Source of the DNA: Vicinamibacteria bacterium
GTDB taxonomy: Bacteria > Acidobacteriota > Vicinamibacteria > Fen-336 > JAGNNV01
Assembly: GCA_035432945.1 (NCBI GenBank)
Contig: DAORUA010000001.1
Coordinates: forward strand, 3,500 to 53,645
Length of the DNA: 50,146 nt
Direction of reading: 5' to 3'
The number at the start of each line of letters is the position of its first letter. Position 1 is the stretch's first letter. Position numbers and translations under genes: made by a program. The notes beneath the pieces are model-generated. The model did no database searches. It was not told where the DNA came from and saw only the letters and a list, made by a program, of their open reading frames with translations. Positions 41,057-48,781 of this stretch are shown here, one piece after another.

Positions 41057-42307
41057 CTACTCGTATCTGAGGGCGTCGATGGGGTCGAGCTTGGCCGCCT
41101 TGAGGGCGGGCCACAGGCCGAAGAAGAGGCCCACCGCGAGGGACGACACGAAGGCGGCTCCCACCCACTGCGGCTGGAAGGCCGCGGGGAAGGGCGAAAG
41201 CGCGTTGACGATGGCCGCGAAGCCGCCCCCGATGGCGATGCCGAGCAGGCCGCCCACGCCGGTGAGAGTCATGGCCTCGGTCAGGAACTGCCAGAGGATG
41301 TCGCGCCGCTTGGCCCCGAGCGCCTTGCGAATGCCGATCTCCCGCGTTCTCTCCGTCACCGAGACCAGCATGATGTTCATGACCCCCACCCCGCCCACCA
41401 CCAGGCCGATGGACGAGATGGCGATCATCACCAGGTAGATGCCGCCGGTGATCTGGTTGTAGAGATCGGTGATCGCGTCCTGGGTGAAGACCGCGAAGGT
41501 GTCCTTGGCGAAGAACTTCAACCGCCGCTTCCGCCGCAGGGTCTCGCGGATCTGTTCCTCGGCCTGGGCCAGGCGTTCCGGCGAGACCGCCTTGACGTCG
41601 GCCGCGTAGCCCTGGAGCCCCTGGAAATTCTGGGGCGGGAGGCTCTTCAGGGGCACGAGGATGAAATTGTCGCGGTTGATGAACAGGAACTTTCCCTGCC
41701 GCTCGGTCACCCCGATGACCCGGAACTTCCGTCCGTCGATGGAGAGTTCCTTGTCGATGGGGTCGAGACCGGGGAAGACCGCGTCCACGATCTCCGGGCC
41801 GATCACCGCCACCGGCGCCGAGCGCGCGGTCTCGCTCTCGTTGAAGAAGCGACCGCGCTCCACGAAGATGTTGTGCACGCCCTCGTAGTCGGGGGTGCTG
41901 CCGAAGACCTGGGCCGCGTTCACCCGCAGGTCCTTGTACTTGATCATGTCGGCGCGCACGAATTCGAGCGGGCTGATCTGGGCCACGTAGGACAGTTCGC
42001 GGATGGCCTTGACCTCGTCGTCGGTCAGCAGCTTGCGCCGCCGTCGCTCCTCCGCGGGGAGATTCTCCCCGGGCTGGAACGGCCGGATCAGAAGGAAGGC
42101 CGACCCGAGCTTGTTGAGCTGGGAGGAGAGCGAGTTATTGAGACCCGCGATGATCGAGGAGACCACGGACACCGTCATGATGCCCATGACCACGCCGAGG
42201 ATGGTGAGGGCCGCGCGCATCTTGTAGGAGACGAGCGAGGAGAGGCCCATCTTGACCGCCTCGAAGAAGCCGAACAGCGCGATCCGGAAGGCTCCTTTGC
42301 GGGCCAT
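41057..42307 (-). CDS. MacB/FtsX-type ABC transporter permease (second of two paralogs)
   Basis: ORF track, 416 aa. It has an N-terminal TM helix (RAALTILGVVMGIMTV), a large periplasmic domain, and an FtsX-type C-terminal 3-TM bundle (ERTREIGIRKALGAKRRDI). Confidence 0.85.
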   Translation of the reverse strand: MARKGAFRIALFGFFEAVKMGLSSLVSYKMRAALTILGVVMGIMTVSVVSSIIAGLNNSLSSQLNKLGSAFLLIRPFQPGENLPAEERRRRKLLTDDEVKAIRELSYVAQISPLEFVRADMIKYKDLRVNAAQVFGSTPDYEGVHNIFVERGRFFNESETARSAPVAVIGPEIVDAVFPGLDPIDKELSIDGRKFRVIGVTERQGKFLFINRDNFILVPLKSLPPQNFQGLQGYAADVKAVSPERLAQAEEQIRETLRRKRRLKFFAKDTFAVFTQDAITDLYNQITGGIYLVMIAISSIGLVVGGVGVMNIMLVSVTERTREIGIRKALGAKRRDILWQFLTEAMTLTGVGGLLGIAIGGGFAAIVNALSPFPAAFQPQWVGAAFVSSLAVGLFFGLWPALKAAKLDPIDALRYE

Positions 42308-42309
42308 GG

Positions 42310-43551
42310 CTACTCGCTCCTCAGGGCGACCACGGGGTCGAGGGCGGCCGCGCGCGAGGCGGGATAGATGCCGGCCACCAGGCCCACCACGGTGGACGAA
42401 ACCACCGCGATGGCCACCGCCCAGAGCTGGACGGGGGCGGAGAACTCGTCACCCACGAAGCCCGACATCACCTTGCCCACCACGAAGGAGAAGAGCGACG
42501 CCGCGACCACGCCCAGGAGCCCTCCCACCCCGGTGAGAAGCACCGACTCGACGATGAACTGGCTCTGAATGTCCCGGCGTCGGGCGCCCAGCGCCTTGCG
42601 CACGCCGATCTCCTTGATGCGTTCGGTCACCGACACCAGCATGATGTTCATGACCACCACCCCGCCGACCAGCAGGCTGATCCCGGTGACCACGAGGGTC
42701 ACCACGTAGATTCCCTGGGTCGCGCTGTTCCACAGGTCCATGACGCTCTCGCCCGTCTCGATGCTGAAATCGTCGGGGTCGGTGTAGGCGAGGTGGCGGC
42801 GGTTGCGCAGGGCGAGCCGCGCCTGGTCCTGGGCCTGCTCGAACACCGCCATGGACTGGGCCTCGACCTGGATGGTGACCGAGCGCCGCGATCCGAAGGC
42901 CTTGCGGAAGGCGGTGATGGGCACCCACACGAAGGTGTCCTGGCTCTGGCCGAAGACCTTGCCCTTCTTCTCTCCCACCCCGACCACCCGGAACCGGTTG
43001 CCGTCGATGATGACTTCCTTGCCGATGGGCTCGGCGTTCGGAAACAGCGCGTCCACCACGTCGGTTCCGATCACCGCCACCGGCCGGGCCGATTCGATGT
43101 CGTCGTTGATCAGGTGCCGGCCCAGCATGAGATCCCGGATCGCGCCGATCCGCGAGTAGTTCTCGGTGATGCCCATGACCTGGACGCCTTCGTGGCGGAC
43201 CGAGCCGTACTTCACGGTCCGGCCCGTGACCAGCAGGCCGCCGACCTCGGAGCAGTAGGTGCAGGCCTCCTTGATCAGTTCGATGTCGCGCAGGACCAGG
43301 TCCTTGCGCTTGTTGAACTCGCGGAACTGATCGAAGGAGACGATGATGTCGGGAAATTTCTGGACGGTGAAGCTCTTGGTTCCGAGGGCCAGGACCTTGT
43401 CCGCCATGTACCGGTCGAGCCCGTCGGTGATCGCCACCACCGCGATCACCGAGGCGATGCCGATGACCACCCCCAGGATGGTGAGCACGGATCGCAGCTT
43501 GTTCGCCTTCACCGAGGCGATGGCGATACTGATGGCTTCACGAAACGGCAT
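42310..43551 (-). CDS. MacB/FtsX-type ABC transporter permease (first of two paralogs)
   Basis: ORF track, 413 aa, with the same layout (RSVLTILGVVIGIASV ... ERIKEIGVRKALGARRRDI). AAGGAG lies 9 nt upstream of ATG 43551. Confidence 0.85.
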   Translation of the reverse strand: MPFREAISIAIASVKANKLRSVLTILGVVIGIASVIAVVAITDGLDRYMADKVLALGTKSFTVQKFPDIIVSFDQFREFNKRKDLVLRDIELIKEACTYCSEVGGLLVTGRTVKYGSVRHEGVQVMGITENYSRIGAIRDLMLGRHLINDDIESARPVAVIGTDVVDALFPNAEPIGKEVIIDGNRFRVVGVGEKKGKVFGQSQDTFVWVPITAFRKAFGSRRSVTIQVEAQSMAVFEQAQDQARLALRNRRHLAYTDPDDFSIETGESVMDLWNSATQGIYVVTLVVTGISLLVGGVVVMNIMLVSVTERIKEIGVRKALGARRRDIQSQFIVESVLLTGVGGLLGVVAASLFSFVVGKVMSGFVGDEFSAPVQLWAVAIAVVSSTVVGLVAGIYPASRAAALDPVVALRSE

Positions 43552-43597
43552 CAGGTGCGCTCCTTGACGAAGACCGGGCCGGCGGGAGGCTTGGGCC

Positions 43598-44311
43598 TCA
43601 AGCCTTCTTCGGACTCAGTTCGTCGCTCGCTATCTTGCCATCGCGGATCATGATGACCCGATGCGCGTGCTCGGCGATGTCCCGTTCGTGGGTGACCAGG
43701 ATGATGGTGTTTCCGGCCTCGTGCAGGCGTTCGAACAGGCGCATGATCTCCTCGCCCGTGGTGGAGTCGAGGTTACCGGTGGGCTCGTCGGCGAGCAGGA
43801 TCGCGGGGCCCATGACCAGGGCGCGGGCGATGGCGACGCGCTGCCGCTGGCCGCCCGAGAGCTCGTTGGGCTTGTGGCTCATGCGGCTGCCCAGCTCGAC
43901 CTTCTCGAGGGCCTGGCGGGCCCGGTCCATGCGCTCGCTCTTGGAGATGCCCGCGTAGACGAGGGGCAGTTCGACGTTTTCCAGAGCGGAGGCGCGGGGG
44001 AGCAGGTTGAAGGTCTGGAAGACGAAGCCGATCTCCTTGTTGCGGACCTCGGCGAGGGCGTCGTCGCTCATCTTCGACACCAGCTGGTTCCGCAGGTAGT
44101 ACTCGCCCTGGGAGGGGGTGTCGAGACAACCGATGAGATTCATGAGGGTCGACTTGCCCGAGCCTGAGGGGCCCATGATGGCGAGGTACTCGTTGGGCTG
44201 GATCTCGAAGGACACGCCGCGGAGGGCGTGGATCGTTTCCTCGCCCATCTGGTAGGTGCGCCAGAGATCGACGCACCGGATGATCGATGAGGCTTCGCTT
44301 ACGGCCGTCAC
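43598..44311 (-). CDS. ABC transporter ATP-binding protein (MacB/LolD-type)
   Basis: ORF track, 237 aa, with a GTG start that overlaps the upstream TGA (GTGA). Walker A is GPSGSGKST, the signature is [15 protein letters not shown] and Walker B is [11 protein letters not shown]. Confidence 0.9.
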   Translation of the reverse strand: MTAVSEASSIIRCVDLWRTYQMGEETIHALRGVSFEIQPNEYLAIMGPSGSGKSTLMNLIGCLDTPSQGEYYLRNQLVSKMSDDALAEVRNKEIGFVFQTFNLLPRASALENVELPLVYAGISKSERMDRARQALEKVELGSRMSHKPNELSGGQRQRVAIARALVMGPAILLADEPTGNLDSTTGEEIMRLFERLHEAGNTIILVTHERDIAEHAHRVIMIRDGKIASDELSPKKA

Positions 44312-45603
44312 TTGGCGGCCTTGTTCTTGGATTGATCCTCGAACTTGATCTGAGCGTCGTTGCGCAGGGTCCTCAGGGTTCGATAGGAACCGATGACGAT
44401 GTCCTCGCCGTCCTTCACGCCTTCGGTGATCTCGATGTCGGTGTCGCCGACGATGCCGGTCTTCACCGCCTTGAAGACGGCCTTGCCGGCCTGGACCACG
44501 AAGACGCCTTCCTTCTCCTCGAGCTTGGCCGTGCGCGTGGGCGCGTTCTGGCCGTCGCTGGGGCCGGTCTGACCGATGGCGGGATCCACGACCTTGCCGT
44601 CCTTGTCGACCTGCCGGACCACCACGGCCTGGATGGGCGCCGCGGTGACCCCCTCGCGGCGCGCGGTGATGACGTCGGCGGTGGCGTTCAAACCCGGGCG
44701 CAGGGTGGCGGGCGGGTCCTTGAGCGTCACCGTGACCTTGAAGTCCTTGGCCTGGTTGGAATTGTTCACGTTGGAGCCGGTGGCGGCGGCGCCGCGCGGA
44801 ATCGCCGAAGAGCCGATCTCGGTGACCTCGCCCTTGATGATCGAACCCTCGAGGGCGTCGACGCGCACCTCGGCGGTCTGCCCGAGGGCCAGGTTCCGGA
44901 TGTCCGTCTCGTCGACCAGGATCTCGACTTCCATCACCGAAAGATCCGCGACCACGCAGATGACGGTGGGGGAGAAGCTCTGGGCGCCGATGACGGTCTC
45001 GCCTTCTTCCTTCTGCAGACTGGTGACGACACCGTCCATGGGCGCCATGACAGTGGTCTTGCCGAGGTCGTCCTGGGTGGTGGCCACCACCGCGGCCTGC
45101 TGGGCGATGCGCTTGCGCTGCGACTCGACCGCGGCCTGCTTCATCTTGAACTCGGACTCGGCCTGCTCGAGGACCTGGTCGGAAACCAGCTTGTCCGCGT
45201 GCATCTTCTTCTGGCGATCGAGCGACTGCCGGCTCAGTTCGAGGTCGGCGAGGGTGCGATCCAGGTCGGACCGGGAAGCCGCGAGGCTCGCTTCGGACTG
45301 GCGGGCGCCTTCTTCGTAGCGCTTGGCGTCGATCCGGGCCAGGATCTGGCCCCGCTTCACCCGGTCGCCTTCCTTGATCAGCAACTGCACGATCCGGCCG
45401 GCCACGTCGGAGGAGACGTTCACGAACTTCTTGGGGCGGATCTCTCCGGAGGCGGAGACCTTCGAAACCAGGTCCTTCTTGCCGACTTTGCCGGTCTGGA
45501 CCTCGATCTTCTTCCCGCTGGCCCGGGCCACGCTGCCGGCGATCACGCCCCCGATCACCACGAGCGCTCCGATGAACAGCGCGATTTTCTTGCCCTTCGA
45601 CAT
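44308..45603 (-). CDS. Periplasmic adaptor (HlyD/MacA-type membrane fusion protein)
   Basis: ORF track, 431 aa. It has an N-terminal anchor ([17 protein letters not shown]), a coiled-coil hairpin region, and lipoyl and beta-barrel blocks. GGAGG lies 4 nt upstream of ATG 45603. Confidence 0.85.
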   Translation of the reverse strand: MSKGKKIALFIGALVVIGGVIAGSVARASGKKIEVQTGKVGKKDLVSKVSASGEIRPKKFVNVSSDVAGRIVQLLIKEGDRVKRGQILARIDAKRYEEGARQSEASLAASRSDLDRTLADLELSRQSLDRQKKMHADKLVSDQVLEQAESEFKMKQAAVESQRKRIAQQAAVVATTQDDLGKTTVMAPMDGVVTSLQKEEGETVIGAQSFSPTVICVVADLSVMEVEILVDETDIRNLALGQTAEVRVDALEGSIIKGEVTEIGSSAIPRGAAATGSNVNNSNQAKDFKVTVTLKDPPATLRPGLNATADVITARREGVTAAPIQAVVVRQVDKDGKVVDPAIGQTGPSDGQNAPTRTAKLEEKEGVFVVQAGKAVFKAVKTGIVGDTDIEITEGVKDGEDIVIGSYRTLRTLRNDAQIKFEDQSKNKAAK

Positions 45604-45753
45604 GAAACCTCCAGAATTGCCGGCCAGCTAGCAGTCTCCCGGAGAAACCTTAAGAAACTCCAGCGACCGTGGACGGGACCTGCCTGTCGTCCAACAGTGT
45701 GAATACGGAACGTGTCACGGTTAAGTTCCGAGCGGGTTATCTTACGTTCCCCC

Positions 45754-46257
45754 ATGGACATGGACCAAGACCGCAAGGAGACCGCGCCCGGCGCCCGCGG
45801 GCGCGTCGAGTCGATCCAGATTTCTAACGGCGGCGTGCCCAAACACAACGTCGCCTCGGCCATCGAGGTGACGGCGGGCGGATTGGCGGGAGATCGGCAG
45901 CGGGACCTTCGCTTCCACGGTGGGCCGGATCGGGCCGTGTGCCTCTTTTCGCAGGAACAGATCGACTCTTTGCGCAACGAGGGCCATCCCATCGACCGGG
46001 GGACCACGGGTGAGAATCTCACCATCTCCGGGCTGGACTGGAAACTCGTGCGTCCCGGGAGCCGCTTGATGGTCGGAGAGGTGACGCTCGAGATCACCGC
46101 GCCCGCGCATCCGTGCCGGAACATCGCGGGATCGTTCGCGGATGGAGATTTTTCGAGGCTTTCCGCGAAGATTCACCCGGGAACCGGCCGGATGTACGCC
46201 CGGGTCCTCACCCCGGGGATGATTCGGCCCGGGGAACCCGTCACCGTGCAGACCTGA
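45754..46257 (+). CDS. MOSC domain protein (YiiM-like)
   Basis: The track ORF starts at GTG 45712, and in-frame ATGs lie at 45754 and 45760. The start is unresolved, and no Shine-Dalgarno sequence precedes any of them. The protein contains GRVESIQISNGGVPK, DLRFHGGPDRAVCLFS and GENLTISGLDW. Confidence 0.75.
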   Translation: MDMDQDRKETAPGARGRVESIQISNGGVPKHNVASAIEVTAGGLAGDRQRDLRFHGGPDRAVCLFSQEQIDSLRNEGHPIDRGTTGENLTISGLDWKLVRPGSRLMVGEVTLEITAPAHPCRNIAGSFADGDFSRLSAKIHPGTGRMYARVLTPGMIRPGEPVTVQT

Positions 46258-46408
46258 CGGGGGCTGTCCTCGGTTTCCTCCTCCTGTCATCGACGCGGGA
46301 CAACTCGGACCGCCAGGACTCCCTTCCGGGTACCGGGCCCGGGCACAGGGTTTGCTACGGTTCAGGGCGGCAGGGTCTCTTCCAGAGCCTGCCGGTGAGG
46401 TTTCAGCC

Positions 46409-47533
46409 ATGAAGACACTAAAAGTCATCGGAATGGTCCCCCTGGTCCTGATCGCCGCGACTGCGTTCTCGCAAGGCGACAATCGTGCCGTTCCCCGGGG
46501 CGGAGGTGGCGGCGGCGGTTCTTCCGCGGGCTCGGCGGGCTCCCGGCATACCGGGGGCGGAGGTGGCGGAGCCCCGCAGGGCGGAGGTGGCGGTGCTTCG
46601 GCAAACGCTCCCCGCGGCGGCTCGTCGGGCGGAGGCGCCTACCAGTCGGGCGCCGAGGGTCGACGGCCGCGCCCGGGCACGGGCACGGGCAACCGCGACT
46701 ACTACGGCAACGAGTACAGCCACTACAACGGCCGCTACGGCTATTACGGGTACGGCGGCTACTACGGATACCCCTATTACTACAGCCCGTATGCCTATTG
46801 GGGCTATCCGGGCTACGGGTGGGGCTATGGGCTTGGCTATGGCTACGGTTATGGCGATTACTACGGCTATTACCCCGCGCCCTACTATGGCGGCGGCGGC
46901 GGCACGTATCGCGAGACGAACGTCGCGCAGATCCGAACCCTGGTCGATCCGCCCAAGACCCGGGTCTATGTCGACGGTTACTACGCGGGCGTCGCGGATG
47001 ATTTCGACGGCATGTTCCAGCGCCTGACCATTTCCCCCGGCCGTCACGACATCACCCTGAAGCTCGAGGGATATGCCTCGCACACCTACTCCGTCTACGC
47101 CGGCGGCGCCGATACGATCAAGCTTCGCTGGGACATGGTGAAGGGCACGGGCGAGACCCGGGAGACCGTCGGCGAGGAATTCGAGCGCCGCTTGCCGGAG
47201 GCCCGCGACCCCGCTCGCGAACCTCAGCCGGCCGAACCGTCCGCGGCCCGACCGGAACCCGGCCGCGAGGTCGATTCCGAGCGCGCCGCTCCGCCCTCGA
47301 TTCAGATGCCCCAGGCCGGCCGCGGCGAAATCCTCTTCGACATCCTGCCTCTCGACGCCTCCGTCTACATCGACGGCGAATTCCACGGCAAGGCGTCCCA
47401 GGTGACGCGGGTCCCGCTTCCCTTCGGTCGCCACCGCGTCGAGGTGGTCCGTCCGGGCTATCTCACCGAAGAGACCGAGATCAACGTCGACGCCGACGGC
47501 CGCAAGGTCGTGGTCAAGCTCGACCGCAGGTAA
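46409..47533 (+). CDS. Secreted protein with a Gly-rich then Gly/Tyr-rich low-complexity region and two PEGA domains
   Basis: The track ORF 46352..47533 is trimmed to ATG 46409, which has GGTGAGG 8 nt upstream. The signal peptide is MKTLKVIGMVPLVLIAATAFSQG. The PEGA-like blocks are TRVYVDGYYAG..ISPGRHDITLKLEGY and ASVYIDGEFHGK..LPFGRHRVEVVRPGY. Confidence 0.85.
   Translation: MKTLKVIGMVPLVLIAATAFSQGDNRAVPRGGGGGGGSSAGSAGSRHTGGGGGGAPQGGGGGASANAPRGGSSGGGAYQSGAEGRRPRPGTGTGNRDYYGNEYSHYNGRYGYYGYGGYYGYPYYYSPYAYWGYPGYGWGYGLGYGYGYGDYYGYYPAPYYGGGGGTYRETNVAQIRTLVDPPKTRVYVDGYYAGVADDFDGMFQRLTISPGRHDITLKLEGYASHTYSVYAGGADTIKLRWDMVKGTGETRETVGEEFERRLPEARDPAREPQPAEPSAARPEPGREVDSERAAPPSIQMPQAGRGEILFDILPLDASVYIDGEFHGKASQVTRVPLPFGRHRVEVVRPGYLTEETEINVDADGRKVVVKLDRR
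46496..46906 (+). repeat. Low-complexity coding tract: a poly-Gly/Ser segment followed by a Gly/Tyr-rich segment
   Basis: GGCGGAGGTGGCGG occurs three times between about 46500 and 46595. Between 46730 and 46900 there are reiterated GGCTA(C/T)/TA(C/T)GG units encoding YGYYGYGGYYGYPYYYSPYAYWGYPGYGWGYGLGYGYGYGDYYGYYPAPYYGGGGG. Confidence 0.9.
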
Positions 47534-47547
47534 GGCCCAGATCCAAA

Positions 47548-47567
47548 GCCGGCCCCTCGGGGCCGGC
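47548..47567. terminator. GC-rich hairpin between convergent genes (candidate bidirectional terminator)
   Basis: The sequence gccggcccctcggggccggc forms an 8-9 bp perfect stem. It lies 15 nt after the PEGA stop and 9 nt after the PBP-fold gene stop. There is only a weak U-run (TTTGGAT) on the minus-strand side and none on the plus side. Confidence 0.5.
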
Positions 47568-47575
47568 GCGCCGCT

Positions 47576-48610
47576 CTACTGCGAGCCCGCCGCGGTCGCG
47601 AGAATCGGGCCCGTGGGGGCGGGCACGCCCAGGAGCGAGCGGTAGAACTCTCCGGCCACCGCCGAAGCGGCGGCCCCGTTCCCCCCGCGCACGAAGGCCA
47701 CGACCACCATTTCCGAACGCGGGTAGCCGAGGGACGACGCGAACCAGCCGACGCCCGAGCACGACCCGGTCTTACCGGAGGCGACGAAGCCGGGGTCGAA
47801 GGCGCGTTGAGCGCTCCCCTCCGTCACCGAAGAGAAGAGTCCGGGCGCGAGCAGAGCCAGGGTGGGAGGCGCCGAGAGACGCGATCGTTCCCGCGCCTTG
47901 ACCGCCTGCGGGCCCGCGAACTGAGGCTCGTTGATCACGCCTCCGTTCACCAGGGCCGACATGAGAACCGCGAGCTGCATCGCCGAGGTCTTGACCCCCT
48001 GGGCGTGGGACGACATATGACCGACGCCGAGGCTTGGAATCCGGGACGGGATGACACCCGCAGTCTCGCCCGGCACGTTGACGCCGGTCACGGATCCGAG
48101 ACCCAGCTTCTGCGCATAGGCGCGCACGGTCTCGAAGCCGAGGCGTTCACCCACCCACTCGAAGTACGGGTTGCAGGAGACCGCGAGCGCTCGCTTTAGA
48201 TCGATGGGCCCATGGCCGGAGGCGATCCAGCAACCGTTCGTGCAATTGAAGCGGGACTCGGGCGTGATCACGCCTTCGGTGAGTCCGGCCACCGCCACCA
48301 CCAGCTTGAAGACGGAGCAGGGCTGGTAGGCGGTGAGAAGGCCGGACTGGGGATTGCCGATGGTGAGGACACGGCCGGTCCAGGGATCCATGGCCACGAG
48401 GGCCACGTTCGATCGATTGTGGATGGCCGCCCGCGCCGCCTCTCCCACCTTGAGATCGAAGGCCGAGGCCTCCGGAGGGGTCAGGATCGAAACCGGGGCC
48501 CACCGCGCCGGCGCCTTCTTCCGGGCCTTGGGCGCCGCGAGCGCGTCGCCGCCCATCAAGGGCAGGAGGCAGGCGAGGGCCAGGATTCGCGACGGGTTCT
48601 TGCGGGGCAT
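47576..48610 (-). CDS. Secreted standalone penicillin-binding / beta-lactamase-fold (transpeptidase-domain) protein
   Basis: ORF track, 344 aa, with a signal peptide (ILALACLLPLMGGDALA). The three active-site motifs appear in order: S-x-x-K (SVFK), S-x-N (SCN) and K-T-G (KTGS). Confidence 0.8.
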   Translation of the reverse strand: MPRKNPSRILALACLLPLMGGDALAAPKARKKAPARWAPVSILTPPEASAFDLKVGEAARAAIHNRSNVALVAMDPWTGRVLTIGNPQSGLLTAYQPCSVFKLVVAVAGLTEGVITPESRFNCTNGCWIASGHGPIDLKRALAVSCNPYFEWVGERLGFETVRAYAQKLGLGSVTGVNVPGETAGVIPSRIPSLGVGHMSSHAQGVKTSAMQLAVLMSALVNGGVINEPQFAGPQAVKARERSRLSAPPTLALLAPGLFSSVTEGSAQRAFDPGFVASGKTGSCSGVGWFASSLGYPRSEMVVVAFVRGGNGAAASAVAGEFYRSLLGVPAPTGPILATAAGSQ

Positions 48611-48781
48611 GGCGGTGAAGCAAGGAACCTATCACGACCCTGCGGGTCCCGGTTTCGCCGGGGCGGCGGTAAAATCCCGGTCCCGAAGCGACGAGTCCCC
48701 CGGGGCGGGGGTCCGGTTCGCCCCTTCGGGGCGTCGAAACCCGCGACTTTCTGCCCGCACTAGTTCAAAAGGAACTCCTCC

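Noticed and set aside
26507-45702. Other long antisense or alternate-frame ORFs (26507..28993, 26544..28649, 29025..30494, 30248..31444, 32258..33626, 33590..34366, 36317..38335, 37304..38428, 39273..40511, 40964..42367, 42793..43653, 44287..45702)
   Set aside because: All show Arg/Gly/Pro/Asp-rich low-complexity translations opposite to, or out of frame with, well-supported genes. I treat them as artefacts.
46333-46342. The palindrome CCGGGCCCGG upstream of the PEGA gene, and the hairpin GGCAGG..CCTGCC (46369..46393) just before its Shine-Dalgarno sequence, considered as operator or riboswitch-like elements
   Set aside because: Short GC palindromes are expected by chance at this base composition. 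The 151-nt leader is too short and shows no conserved riboswitch core that I recognise. I note them but do not call them.
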